Source: an uncultured virus (IMG/VR IMGVR_UViG_3300031758_000013) (Duplodnaviria; Heunggongvirae; Uroviricota; Caudoviricetes). Taken from it: a stretch of 64,000 bases of DNA. Position numbers and translations under genes: made by a program. Within the stretch, counting starts at the first letter, position 1, and each line of letters starts with the position of its first letter. Below, one piece after another: positions 1 to 9,769 of the stretch. The stretch is taken from the IMG/VR virus record IMGVR_UViG_3300031758_000013. The stretch is one strand, 5' to 3'. A model generated the notes under the pieces. It made no database searches and had not been told where the DNA came from. It saw nothing but the letters and a program-made list of their open reading frames with translations.

Positions 1-79
1 TGTCTTCTGTAAACCAGATATGAGTTTCTAAATTGAAAAACAATTCATCTAAGATTTTTATTTTTTCCAACCGATTCAT
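1..79 (-). CDS. 5' end of a hypothetical protein (MNRLEKIKILDELFF...), truncated by window edge
   Basis: ATG at 79-77 with upstream AGGAG; frame open to the window edge. Confidence 0.5.
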   Translation of the reverse strand, partial: MNRLEKIKILDELFFNLETHIWFTED

Positions 80-133
80 TAAAATTCTCCTTGCTAGAAG
101 ACCTTTATATCACGTTTTGAATATATTGTAAAC

Positions 134-165
134 AAAAAAAGAGGGGAGCCTTTCGACTCCCCTCC
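134..165 (-). terminator. Intrinsic terminator
   Basis: GAGGGGAG-TCGAAAGG-CTCCCCTC hairpin followed by T7 on the minus strand. Confidence 0.85.
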
Positions 166-275
166 AATGCGTGTAGCAGGAGGAACCCCACCTTTGATCC
201 TGCTTATTCCAATCGTCAATTAAGACACTTGCCTCTTTTACGGAAAAACCGTAAATTCACGCACCACATAGTGTA
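134..275 (-). ncRNA. Candidate late-transcribed structured small RNA
   Basis: Lies between TATAAATA (280-287) and a terminator; closing stem TGCGTG/CACGCA plus internal hairpins TTTACGG/CCGTAAA and AGCAGGA/TCCTGCT. Confidence 0.55.
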
Positions 276-279
276 CTAC

Positions 280-287
280 TATTTATA
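280..287 (-). promoter_or_regulatory. T4-type late promoter TATAAATA (also at 7718, 12345, 12749, 14371, 15409, 15486, 15873, 39133, 44300, 48939)
   Basis: Exact T4 gp55 -10 consensus upstream of late genes; gp55 is encoded in the window. Confidence 0.75.
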
Positions 288-495
288 CAAAGAAGCTGTC
301 TTCGTCATAAGAAAATTTAGTTTTTTGTAGAAAAAATGATGGAGTAAGTCCATCAAATCCACCACCAAAGTTCAAATGACGACAACTGGTCTTGGCCTGA
401 CTCATATCTAGATTACCACCTATAATATTTCCGGTCTGAATCTCGACAATTTCATGCATACCATTTTCTGTCTTCTGAATCTTATAGTTTACCAT
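283..495 (-). CDS. Conserved T4-like hypothetical protein (GGGFDGxTPSF motif)
   Basis: Directly follows gp41; start re-called at MVNYKI to remove the overlap. Confidence 0.65.
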   Translation of the reverse strand: MVNYKIQKTENGMHEIVEIQTGNIIGGNLDMSQAKTSCRHLNFGGGFDGLTPSFFLQKTKFSYDEDSFFV

Positions 496-496
496 T

Positions 497-1912
497 TTAC
501 TTGAATCCTTCAAACTTACTACGATTGAACTTATTGACTGGCTTGGATTCTTCATTCATCCTACTACCAGAACTTGACGTATCAAATACAGGAACGTCTT
601 CATCTTGCACCAGATCTTCTTGTGCAGAAGCTTCTACATTATATAGTCGCATCTTGGAATAATCAACACCAATTACGAATCGCTTGTATACAGCAGGATC
701 GCCATAACGATTCTTAAGTTGTTTGACCATAATCTGATTCAATTGACGAAGTTCATCACTTGTAACAAGAGCAAACATGAAGTCAGCTGTTGCGGGTAGA
801 CCGAATGATTCTGAAGTATCTTCTAGACCAACATCAGAGTTAGAGAAGCCAGAACGAGTTGTCTGAGTAGCAGATACAATCGGAACATTGAACTCAACTG
901 CCAGACCACGAAGTTCTTCTGCGATTGCTTTGATGTATGTGTAAGAGTTTACAGCTGCACCAGCCTTGATACGAGAAGAAGCACAGATGTTCAGATAATC
1001 GATATAGATGATATCTGGAACAAAATTCTTCTTGAGGTTTAGTTCATTTAATAAATGCCTAAAGTTAGCCGAACCCACCGATGCAGTTGGATATTCTTTA
1101 ACAATCAACTTGCCCTTGGCGCGATCTCGAACTCGACCAATCAACTTATAATAGATTGCTTGTGGAAGATCTTTCAGCTCATCTAATGAAACACCGAGCA
1201 AATTAGCATCAATACGTTCTGCGATTCTTTCTTCAGCCATTTCCATGGTGATATACAAAACGTTTTGACCAGACATCAAATTATGAGCTGCATTATGGCA
1301 CATGAATAATGACTTACCAACACCAGTTCCTGCCAAAGCAATATTTAGTGTCTTACGTGGTAGACCACCCTGAGTAATCTTGTTGAAGAAGTCTAGATCG
1401 AATGGAATACGAACTTCCTTACGATGATAGAATTCATAACGAGCATCAGCATCATCAAGAAAATCATGACCAATCGAGTTGTCGAATGAAACACCGAGAG
1501 CGTCTTGCAAGATCTTAGGAATAGCACCAACACTGATGTTATCTTTTTTATTATCATCTACAATCTGAATAGATTGCATCAGCGCATTATATAAAGCTTT
1601 ATCTTTGCAGAACTTCTCAGTAGAGTCCACAAGCCAATTCATATCCTTCTCTTCAGACTTCTCAAGAGTTGTTATAAACTCTTTAGCTCTCTTGAATTGG
1701 TCTTCAGTCAAACCAGTCTTTTCATTCAAATCAATGTCAAGAGCAGTCTTAGTAGGAAATGAGCTGTACTTATTCACATAATCTAGGATCAGGTCAAACA
1801 CTGTACGATCGACCTGATCATTGAAATACTCTGACTTTAAGAATGGAATTACCTTACGTGCATACTCCTCATTGTTGATCAAATTGCCGAAGATAACATT
1901 CTCAATTTTCAT
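497..1912 (-). CDS. gp41: Replicative DNA helicase (T4 gp41 family)
   Basis: Walker A AGTGVGKS, IYIDYL, ATQTTR, LKNRYG; follows uvsX. Confidence 0.96.
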   Translation of the reverse strand: MKIENVIFGNLINNEEYARKVIPFLKSEYFNDQVDRTVFDLILDYVNKYSSFPTKTALDIDLNEKTGLTEDQFKRAKEFITTLEKSEEKDMNWLVDSTEKFCKDKALYNALMQSIQIVDDNKKDNISVGAIPKILQDALGVSFDNSIGHDFLDDADARYEFYHRKEVRIPFDLDFFNKITQGGLPRKTLNIALAGTGVGKSLFMCHNAAHNLMSGQNVLYITMEMAEERIAERIDANLLGVSLDELKDLPQAIYYKLIGRVRDRAKGKLIVKEYPTASVGSANFRHLLNELNLKKNFVPDIIYIDYLNICASSRIKAGAAVNSYTYIKAIAEELRGLAVEFNVPIVSATQTTRSGFSNSDVGLEDTSESFGLPATADFMFALVTSDELRQLNQIMVKQLKNRYGDPAVYKRFVIGVDYSKMRLYNVEASAQEDLVQDEDVPVFDTSSSGSRMNEESKPVNKFNRSKFEGFK

Positions 1913-2979
1913 TCGCTCTCCAACTCTTCATAAACAGAATCTACTTCATCTTCCTGCATAATACTACCAGAAGCTGCAACATACTTATTTTCAACAAATG
2001 CACTGAACTTCGGACACTTCAAGATAGGAGTCCAAAAATCAGATTTATATGTATCATTCATACGATATGACTTATCAAGAATTTCACCTGTTTCCATGTC
2101 AACACGCTGGAACCAACCAACCTTTGGCTTAATCACATGACCAGACTCGAGTGCCATGTCCATTAGACCAGACCATCTAGAAATACCTTCTGTCCAAGAC
2201 ACTTCAATCGGAATCTTAGACTTTTCCTTAACGAAACGAGACTTCTCAACATTGATAATGAAGTTATAACCAATAACATCCTTACCTTCCTTTTCCTGCT
2301 GACGGCCAAGGATAAAGATATTATCAGCTGAGTAGTAGATACCGGTACCACCCGACACAACCGGCTTAGAGAACATTTCTTGAGTCATATAAGTGTGGTT
2401 TACCACAACCATAGGAATATCCTTGATGGTCAAGTGAGGTGTAACCATACGGAATAGAGACTTGAGCTGCTTCGCACGAGTCATGTCAGCTGCTGAATTC
2501 TGCTTCAGAGCATCATCAACTTCCTTCTTCGAAGCTAGGTTACCAACAGAATCGATGATAATCATTACATGCTCACCACGGCCAATCTGCTCGAGCTGAG
2601 TCATGATATCAAACTTAAGTTGTTCAATATCAGTGATTGGCGTGTGAAGAACTCGACTGGTATCGATTTTGAACGAATCAAAATAGGCCTGAGGAGTACC
2701 AAACTCAGAATCATAGAACATCAACACAGCATCAGCATACTTGTCCATGTAAGCTTTGGCCATCAATAGACTGAAAGATGTCTTAAAGTGCTTTGATGGA
2801 CCAGCCCAGATAGTAAGACCGGGAGCAAAGCCACCGGTGATCTTACCCGACAGAGCAATGTTAATTGCTGGAACTGTAGTAGTAATCGTGTCCTTCTCAT
2901 TGAAGAACTTAGAGTCTGCAAGAACATCAGTATCTTTGATTGTAGAATTCTTACGCAACTTGTTTAGTAGATCAGACAT
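1909..2979 (-). CDS. uvsX: RecA-like recombinase UvsX
   Basis: GPSKHFKT, FYDSEFG, IIDSVGNLASKKE motifs. Confidence 0.96.
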   Translation of the reverse strand: MSDLLNKLRKNSTIKDTDVLADSKFFNEKDTITTTVPAINIALSGKITGGFAPGLTIWAGPSKHFKTSFSLLMAKAYMDKYADAVLMFYDSEFGTPQAYFDSFKIDTSRVLHTPITDIEQLKFDIMTQLEQIGRGEHVMIIIDSVGNLASKKEVDDALKQNSAADMTRAKQLKSLFRMVTPHLTIKDIPMVVVNHTYMTQEMFSKPVVSGGTGIYYSADNIFILGRQQEKEGKDVIGYNFIINVEKSRFVKEKSKIPIEVSWTEGISRWSGLMDMALESGHVIKPKVGWFQRVDMETGEILDKSYRMNDTYKSDFWTPILKCPKFSAFVENKYVAASGSIMQEDEVDSVYEELESE

Positions 2980-3002
2980 AACATCTCCTTGTTCATAATA
3001 TT

Positions 3003-3031
3003 AGTATACACAGTTTATCAAATAATGTCAA
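3003..3031 (-). promoter_or_regulatory. Sigma70-like early promoter TTGACA-17-TATACT upstream of uvsX
   Basis: -35/-10 hexamers with 17-nt spacer; same motif recurs across the window. Confidence 0.7.
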
Positions 3032-3255
3032 CTACTTAAAATTTTATTTAGTTTCGCAATAAACTGGTCTATTTTATTTGCTCGATCTGGCCAATTGATA
3101 ATTGGATTCTTATCAGCATCTTTCTTAAGATTAAGTAGCAGCGGCATGATGGCATCGTACATAGCACGGACCTTATCATTTCCTTCCTGCTTAATATCTT
3201 CTTCAGAAGAAGTAGTAAACCCAAAATCAAAATCATCAAAGTTCATGTCAGCCAT
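3028..3255 (-). CDS. Conserved hypothetical protein between gp43 and uvsX
   Basis: ORF coupled to the gp43 stop; DFDFGF and INWPDR motifs. Confidence 0.7.
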   Translation of the reverse strand: MADMNFDDFDFGFTTSSEEDIKQEGNDKVRAMYDAIMPLLLNLKKDADKNPIINWPDRANKIDQFIAKLNKILSS

Positions 3256-5753
3256 TAGTTAAACCAATCTTCTAGAGTTGCACGTTTTTCAGTTTGCCAT
3301 CCAATTTTACTAGTGATAGATGTAATCGGACTGAGATATCCTTTTTCAAATTGAATATCATAATCTATATAGAGATCCATTTTAAATTCTGGAGGAAGAC
3401 CATTAGAACAAGATATCACGTGTTCTCGAGTTGGATTCGGATTCTTAAGGTATACAAATTTGATCTTCTCGCCGTCGGCAATAGTTTGATATTTATTCTG
3501 GAGCTTGAGACTTTCAATCATTTTGTTAAAGACAACAGATCCGCGAACATGAATAGGAGTACCAGATTCAAATCGACCAAACCGATACCATTTTTGAATG
3601 TCATTTACTCCACGAGTAAAAGCAATATCAGAGAAGCCGAGTGTATGGAATTTTACACGAAACTCTGAGACATATTTTTGAAGATCTTCTTCAGTACCAT
3701 TCATGATAATCTCAAGAGACTTCTTAATACTATCGCGACACGCAGTAGGAGTTGAAGAACGAACAGCTTCAATGCCCATCATCTTCAATTTTGGCTTTTC
3801 GTACTGTACGCCTTCTGAGTTCCAGACGTTAAGGATATACATCTTCTTTGCTTTCCAGATACCCTTGTTTGCGATGTTTTCTCGCTTCATCTGCATCCTT
3901 TGATCGTAAGCATTCATGCTGGTAGCAAGTTCTTCATAGGACTTATCAATGAATGGTTCAATACGCTTCTTACAAGCATTATCGATAAACTTAACGATTT
4001 CAGTATCTTCGGCTCCGTCTGGAAAAACGCGATTGACTAGATCTTCAAGTGTAATGTAGATAGAATCAGTGTCAGATGCAATCACATAATCTTTATTTTT
4101 AGTACTAAGTAGATCGTTTAGATAGACGTTGATCTTCTTTTCAATCCAACGAATACTCAACTGACCAGACATAGTAATTGCTTCAGCGTTGTTCACATCA
4201 AACCAACGAAACCATTTATTACCAAGAGCACCATAAGCAGAATTCAACTGAATCTTTTTAGCCATTTGTAAGTTGTCGAGTCGAGAGATTTCCTTGACCA
4301 GCTTTGGATCTTTGGTCTTTTCATATTCTTTCTTACATTCAATCATTTTGTTCTTATATTTTGTACGATCATCATACATACGATCCATCAAACTCGGAAG
4401 AAAGCCACGCTGTTCTTTTGTATAAACACAAAGGTTGGCGGCGATAGTACAGTTTGAATTTTTCATATCATTCATATACTGACTAGCGCCACCAACAAGT
4501 AGGTCGTCGACTGTCATCTTATCACTCAAACGAGTTACAAGCGTCTCCGGAGAGATGTTGTATTGCATAATAAGATGAGGGTAAAGGGAGTTCAAGTCGA
4601 ACGACACAACCCATTTACTCATACCAAGTTTTGGTTCTTTTACATAGCCGCCAACAAATGGTCGATCATTCTTGTTCTTGTTGTTTTGATAAACAACAGT
4701 CTTGCGATCCAGCAGATAGTTATGTGTAATTACATCCCACTGCTTTACAGATGCTAAAGTATCTTCATAGTTTACTTTAGCATCATAAGCCATCGCATAA
4801 ACAAGTTCGATAAGCTTCAGTTTGTCTTCAAGTTTTTCAACGAGTTCAACGTCATGAATGTTGTACTCAATATACTTTTGAAAATTGTTGAATCGAAGAT
4901 CATCAAGATTATCGTATTCAGAATAGTCGAGCTTCTGCTCACCAAGTTCTACCTGAGCAATATAGTCAAGTCGATAAGACTCTTGCTCAGTATAAGTAAA
5001 CTTCTTGTAAAGCTGCATGTAGTCTAGTACAGCAATCCCTACTGGTGTATAGGCCACATTGGCTCGGCCTCGAATTTCGACTTTATAGTCGCGTAACATT
5101 TCCCACGGGGAAAGACGTCGAGCATGCTCTTCACCGAGAAGCTTTCGAATCCGGTTGACAAGATACGGTATGTCGAAGAACTCGATGTTCCAGCCGGTGA
5201 CGACGTCTGGCGAATAGATGGATCCATTCCACACTTCAAGAAAGGCGAGAAGGAGAGCAGATTCGTCTGCGCATTTGTAATATTGAACATTCGGTAAGTG
5301 CTCCTTGTAATTGCCGCAACCAAAGGTTGTCTTCTTACCATCGCGGCCAATGGTAATAGCTGTAATTTCATTGTCTGCTAGTTCAATATCAGGAAATCCA
5401 CCATCAATGCTAGTTTCAATATCAATAGAACAGACAGAAATAAGACTCGGATCATACCGAATCTCGCCAGGATAGTTATCATAAATATACATGTATGGCC
5501 AGTCGGTGAGACCATAAATCTCCATGCCATTGACATCTTCATATGTCTTAAGGAATTCACGTGCATCTCGCATTGATTCAAAATCAACACGACCAACACA
5601 TTCGTTTTTGAGATTCCGATACTCAGTCTGAGTTTGAGACGGAATAAATAGATACGGCTTATACTTTGTGGCGAACTTTACAGGCTTACCGTTATCAATT
5701 CCACGAATAAGAATTTGATTACCGTGCCTACTGATATTTGTATAAAATTTCAT
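3255..5753 (-). CDS. gp43: Family B DNA polymerase (T4 gp43)
   Basis: Exo DIET, SFDLNSLYP, KIQLNSAYG, SDTDS; no intron or intein seen. Confidence 0.98.
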   Translation of the reverse strand: MKFYTNISRHGNQILIRGIDNGKPVKFATKYKPYLFIPSQTQTEYRNLKNECVGRVDFESMRDAREFLKTYEDVNGMEIYGLTDWPYMYIYDNYPGEIRYDPSLISVCSIDIETSIDGGFPDIELADNEITAITIGRDGKKTTFGCGNYKEHLPNVQYYKCADESALLLAFLEVWNGSIYSPDVVTGWNIEFFDIPYLVNRIRKLLGEEHARRLSPWEMLRDYKVEIRGRANVAYTPVGIAVLDYMQLYKKFTYTEQESYRLDYIAQVELGEQKLDYSEYDNLDDLRFNNFQKYIEYNIHDVELVEKLEDKLKLIELVYAMAYDAKVNYEDTLASVKQWDVITHNYLLDRKTVVYQNNKNKNDRPFVGGYVKEPKLGMSKWVVSFDLNSLYPHLIMQYNISPETLVTRLSDKMTVDDLLVGGASQYMNDMKNSNCTIAANLCVYTKEQRGFLPSLMDRMYDDRTKYKNKMIECKKEYEKTKDPKLVKEISRLDNLQMAKKIQLNSAYGALGNKWFRWFDVNNAEAITMSGQLSIRWIEKKINVYLNDLLSTKNKDYVIASDTDSIYITLEDLVNRVFPDGAEDTEIVKFIDNACKKRIEPFIDKSYEELATSMNAYDQRMQMKRENIANKGIWKAKKMYILNVWNSEGVQYEKPKLKMMGIEAVRSSTPTACRDSIKKSLEIIMNGTEEDLQKYVSEFRVKFHTLGFSDIAFTRGVNDIQKWYRFGRFESGTPIHVRGSVVFNKMIESLKLQNKYQTIADGEKIKFVYLKNPNPTREHVISCSNGLPPEFKMDLYIDYDIQFEKGYLSPITSITSKIGWQTEKRATLEDWFN

Positions 5754-5826
5754 ATTACCTCGTCACTGCACATATTTTAGTTATATCACTATGCACAAAT
5801 AAAGTACACACGTAAAAGGAAAAAAT

Positions 5827-7011
5827 ATGAAATTGTCTGAACATTTTACGCTTGAAGAGATGATTGTTTCTCCTACTGCTAAAAAGCTTGGATTAAGTAA
5901 TAATCCTACAGTTCAACATATTGAAAATATGAAGTACTGTTGTGAAAATATTCTTGAACCAGTACGAACACACTTTGGTAAGCCAGTACAAATCAATTCT
6001 TCATATCGGTCTCCGCTTGTTAACAAAGCTGTAGGTGGATCTAGTACATCACAACACGTGAATGGACAAGCAATCGATTTCGAAATTGTTGGCGTTGATA
6101 ATAGAATTGTTGCTGACTGGATTGCAGATAACTTACAATTTGATCAAGTCATTCTTGAGTTCTACACAAAGGGTGATAAGAATTCTGGTTGGGTTCACGC
6201 TTCGATTAAGAAGGGTGGAGGCAATCGCAAGATGCGTATGATTGCTACGAAGTCGAAGGCAGGCGGTACCGTATATACACAGGTAGCTGACTTTGATCCA
6301 TCGACGACAAAGGCAGCTGGGGCTCCTTCAATCGCCACAGCGCCAAAGCAAGCTCCTGCTCCGTCGTCTCCGGCGGCTCCTTCAAATGTATCTGGTCTTG
6401 GTCCATTAGAATCTCTCCAATCTAAGTGTGGTATTACTGCTGATGGTAAATGGGGAGCCGGCACATATAAAGCAGCAAGAAATTACTTCAATCTGTCGAA
6501 TACACAAGCAGCACACTTCTTTGGTCAGTGTGCTCATGAGTCAGGTAACTTTAAGGTATTCTCTGAGAACCTGAACTATTCGGCAGATGGTCTTACTAAG
6601 ATTTTCAAGAAGTACTTCTCGACACTAGTTGATGCTCAACCATACGCTCGTAAGCCAGAGAAAATCGCTAATAAGGTTTATGCCAATCGTATGGGCAATG
6701 GACCGGAAAACTCTGGAGACGGATGGAAGTATAGAGGTCGTGGACCAATTCAGTTAACTGGCAAAGATAACTATACCGCGTTTTCGCAAGCGCTCTCTCG
6801 GCCCGATGTACTAACAAATCCAGATGTTGTAGCGGGAGAGCTGGCGTTCGAATCAGCTCTTTGGTTCTTCAGTAAGAATAATCTATTTGCTATAGCAGAT
6901 AGAGGTGTTACAGATGCTATCATTACTCAAATTACAAAAAAAGTAAATGGTGGTACGCACGGACTTGATGATCGCATTAATAAAACTAAGCAATACGCTA
7001 GCTGGGGATAA
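5827..7011 (+). CDS. Bifunctional endolysin: N-terminal peptidase M15 plus C-terminal GH19 lysozyme-like domain
   Basis: SSYRS..N..VGGS.TSQH..GQAID...WVH (M15); Pro/Ala linker; AHFFGQCAHES, ENLNYSA, YRGRGPIQLTGKDNY, VNGG (GH19). Confidence 0.88.
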   Translation: MKLSEHFTLEEMIVSPTAKKLGLSNNPTVQHIENMKYCCENILEPVRTHFGKPVQINSSYRSPLVNKAVGGSSTSQHVNGQAIDFEIVGVDNRIVADWIADNLQFDQVILEFYTKGDKNSGWVHASIKKGGGNRKMRMIATKSKAGGTVYTQVADFDPSTTKAAGAPSIATAPKQAPAPSSPAAPSNVSGLGPLESLQSKCGITADGKWGAGTYKAARNYFNLSNTQAAHFFGQCAHESGNFKVFSENLNYSADGLTKIFKKYFSTLVDAQPYARKPEKIANKVYANRMGNGPENSGDGWKYRGRGPIQLTGKDNYTAFSQALSRPDVLTNPDVVAGELAFESALWFFSKNNLFAIADRGVTDAIITQITKKVNGGTHGLDDRINKTKQYASWG

Positions 7012-7015
7012 ATTG

Positions 7016-7044
7016 AAGGGGACCGAGAGGTCCCCTTCTTTTTT
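7016..7044 (+). terminator. Intrinsic terminator after endolysin
   Basis: GAAGGGGACC-GAGA-GGTCCCCTTC followed by a T-run. Confidence 0.85.
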
Positions 7045-7138
7045 AGATGGTTAGCAAACCATAAAATACTAGGGCGCACATGGCAGCCACAGCAATGTGA
7101 CCGGCCCGTGAGACCGTCAACGCAAAATTATTATTCAT
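7043..7138 (-). CDS. Small hydrophobic peptide (31 aa, MNNNFALTVSRAGHIAVAAMCALVFYGLLTI)
   Basis: Read by eye right after the hsp20 stop; below ORF-track cutoff. Confidence 0.4.
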   Translation of the reverse strand: MNNNFALTVSRAGHIAVAAMCALVFYGLLTI

Positions 7139-7139
7139 C

Positions 7140-7661
7140 TTACTTGTCCTTACGTTCTGCGAGATACTCTGCAGTCGAAGGCGCAGCAGATGTTTCTTCC
7201 TCGTCTTGGATTTCTACCTTCTTCGGCTTCTTGTGTTCTGGAATGATATGCTCGAGAGCGATCTTTAGAATGCCGTTGAGAAGAGAAGCACCACGAATCT
7301 CTACGTTATCTGAGAGAGTGAAGGTGCGAGTGAAAGGACGCATAGCGAGTCCTTGATGGAGCATCTGAGGCCATGTCCACTCACCCTTCGAATCCTGTTC
7401 TGCAGGTTCTCCGGATTGTGTATTACCTCTGATGATCAGCTTGTCTTCCGCGATCTCGATCTCGAGGTCTTGCTTAGCGAAGCCAGCAACCGCGAGATCG
7501 ATCGTGTACTTGTTTTCATCAATCTTCTTGAGATTGTATGGAGGATACTTAGCAGCGAGGTCAGCGGTTTGCTGTGCAGCGGATGCCATCTTTTCTGCTA
7601 CCTTGTCAAAACCAACAAAGAAGCGATCAAAGTCCTTGAATGAGTGGGTATGATTCCACAT
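7140..7661 (-). CDS. hsp20: Small heat-shock protein Hsp20 (IbpA-like)
   Basis: YPPYN, LAVAGF, F.R.FTL, GASLLNGILKI, IPEHKKPKKVEI. Confidence 0.95.
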   Translation of the reverse strand: MWNHTHSFKDFDRFFVGFDKVAEKMASAAQQTADLAAKYPPYNLKKIDENKYTIDLAVAGFAKQDLEIEIAEDKLIIRGNTQSGEPAEQDSKGEWTWPQMLHQGLAMRPFTRTFTLSDNVEIRGASLLNGILKIALEHIIPEHKKPKKVEIQDEEETSAAPSTAEYLAERKDK

Positions 7662-7694
7662 AGTTTTTCTCCTTATTAAGCGAGTTGAATATTG

Positions 7695-8138
7695 TCACCC
7701 AGTAGGCGTGACGGGTTTATTTATAAGGTAAAGCACAACTTCGGCTTCCTTAAACATCTTTTTTGTAATTTCCCAGTTTAGATGTGGTCGATCATCTTCT
7801 GGCACATAGGAAACCACCTTCTTGATTCCCTTTTGAATAATGCTCTTAGCACATTCATTACAGGGAAGCAAAGGACTATAAAGAGTACAGCCCTCAACAG
7901 AGAGTAGCGCATTATCAAGAGCATTCCGCTCAGCATGAGCTACAAAGAGATACTTGGTTTCTTTATCCATGTATCTCAGATCATGATCTCGTACGCCTCG
8001 AGGAAACCCATTAAAGCCAAGAGACACTACTCGATTTTGTTTGTCAACAATTACACAACCAACTTTTGTGGATGGATCCTTAGACCACTGAGCTACATGC
8101 TCAGCAAGCTCCATAAATCGGCCGCACCATTTACTCAT
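7695..8138 (-). CDS. cd: dCMP deaminase
   Basis: SKDPSTKVG, GFNGFPRG, HAERNA, PCNEC. Confidence 0.92.
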   Translation of the reverse strand: MSKWCGRFMELAEHVAQWSKDPSTKVGCVIVDKQNRVVSLGFNGFPRGVRDHDLRYMDKETKYLFVAHAERNALDNALLSVEGCTLYSPLLPCNECAKSIIQKGIKKVVSYVPEDDRPHLNWEITKKMFKEAEVVLYLINKPVTPTG

Positions 8139-8551
8139 TTCTTTTTTCCTGCGTTCAGGATGCGCGCTCGAAGACTCGAAGAGCTATAGCTGTGTCTACG
8201 TGAGCAATAGTGAATAGGAATATCTAGATCATGCCCAGTAAAGTCATTGCGACCATTATAATCCTCACCAAGGAACCGTACGCTCCACTCATATCCAGCA
8301 AGCAGATTGTAGAGGTCTGCTTCGGTATCGTATGGAATTATCTGATCAACATACTTACACGCTTCAACCTGCGCATAACGTTCAAACAAGTTCTGAACAG
8401 GCTTATTCTTCTCTGGACGATCAAGAGTAGGATCGGATTGAAGAGCCACGACTAAATGATCACAGTGTTTCTTTGCTTCCTGTAACATCAAAATATGACC
8501 GGTATGAAACAAATCAAAACAACTGGCAACGACCCCTACGCGCTCAGTCAT
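8135..8551 (-). CDS. TagD-like cytidylyltransferase
   Basis: FDLFHTGH (HxGH), KNKP, RRHSYSSS. Confidence 0.85.
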   Translation of the reverse strand: MTERVGVVASCFDLFHTGHILMLQEAKKHCDHLVVALQSDPTLDRPEKNKPVQNLFERYAQVEACKYVDQIIPYDTEADLYNLLAGYEWSVRFLGEDYNGRNDFTGHDLDIPIHYCSRRHSYSSSSLRARILNAGKKK

Positions 8552-8756
8552 AATCTATTCCTTCATCTTGTTTACGACCCATATAATGATCATCACTGAC
8601 ACAATAAAACTGAGACTTTAGTCTAGTGTTAACTAGTGTCTTGGTTACCTTGCCGGCAAACTCAATACACTGATCTTTGTTGGCAGCTTCGTATATATCC
8701 TTACCAAGGAACTCACCATCAACAGTAAACAAAAATACAATCAGCCAATATGACAT
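8544..8756 (-). CDS. Hypothetical protein
   Basis: Coupled ORF in the minus-strand operon. Confidence 0.6.
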   Translation of the reverse strand: MSYWLIVFLFTVDGEFLGKDIYEAANKDQCIEFAGKVTKTLVNTRLKSQFYCVSDDHYMGRKQDEGIDYD

Positions 8757-8758
8757 TA

Positions 8759-9217
8759 TTAGTTCCTTGCAATCCAGCGCTGGTAAAGACCAACTTCTCT
8801 ACCATATGCTTCTACTTCCCATGGCGAATCAAAGTAATGATCTTCTTTGCGCTTAGGCTTCCAGATCTTTCCCATCCACCTACTGTGAATCTTCAATCCA
8901 CCTTTTGCTGCTACCATCACACCAGATTGAAGTTCATTCTTTGCATGTTGCTTGACGTGAACTAGTTCATGAGCAAGAGTTTGAATGATGTCTTCATCGT
9001 CCTTGGCGCCACGAAGGCTGATGGTAAACCAACGAGGATTTCGAGTACCATCTTCATCAGTGCACTCTCCCTGAACTTCGTTCTTGGGAGTGTGTTCGAT
9101 ATCAATGATGAGGTTCCGAACAAGCCGCGGATCCATAAGAATGTCAGCGAAAAACTCAGTGGCTTCCGCCAACTCGGCTTTCTGCTTCTTAGTGAAGCCA
9201 ATGATCTTAAGCTGCAT
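8759..9217 (-). CDS. Putative zinc metallopeptidase
   Basis: TLAHELVHVKQ (HExxH) and PWEVEAY. Confidence 0.75.
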   Translation of the reverse strand: MQLKIIGFTKKQKAELAEATEFFADILMDPRLVRNLIIDIEHTPKNEVQGECTDEDGTRNPRWFTISLRGAKDDEDIIQTLAHELVHVKQHAKNELQSGVMVAAKGGLKIHSRWMGKIWKPKRKEDHYFDSPWEVEAYGREVGLYQRWIARN

Positions 9218-9769
9218 TTGACTTATCCTTTTCCATTATGTATACTCTACATCAAAACTATAAAAATGTCAACTACAGCCACTCATTTTCATCAATAATT
9301 CGTGCACTTCCTCGCTTGACCTCACGGCGGCGAGCAGATTGATCCTTAGTAACTTCCTTGTGATTCTTACTCAGCCCTCCAGACCACTCGTACTGGTTGA
9401 GTAGCAGGCCACGATGATCATAATACTCTTGCATAAGATATCTCCTTAAGCAGCAGCGCTGGATAGACTATCAAATACCTTTTTCCAATATCGCTTAAAT
9501 GCCGGATCGCGTGCTTTCTCAAATGCTTTGAGTGCATTGTCCAGTCGATGGTGAAGCTTTGCATCACATTTCATTTAAACACTCCATACAAAAGAATCGC
9601 AGTAATAAATCCATTCACCGCCAGAAGAGCTTTGTCTTCCATCTTATAAGCTGCGTATCCCCAGAGGCTGGCGCCTACAATAGAAAGAATAAGATCTACA
9701 TTATGGTACTCGAATGAACGAGCTCCAGCAGCAGAAATGACACACGCAGTGCCAATCCATTTCAAAGCA

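Noticed and set aside
497..5753. Inteins or introns in helicase, UvsX and polymerase
   Set aside because: Lengths and motif spacing are normal; no intein splice motifs or frame breaks seen.
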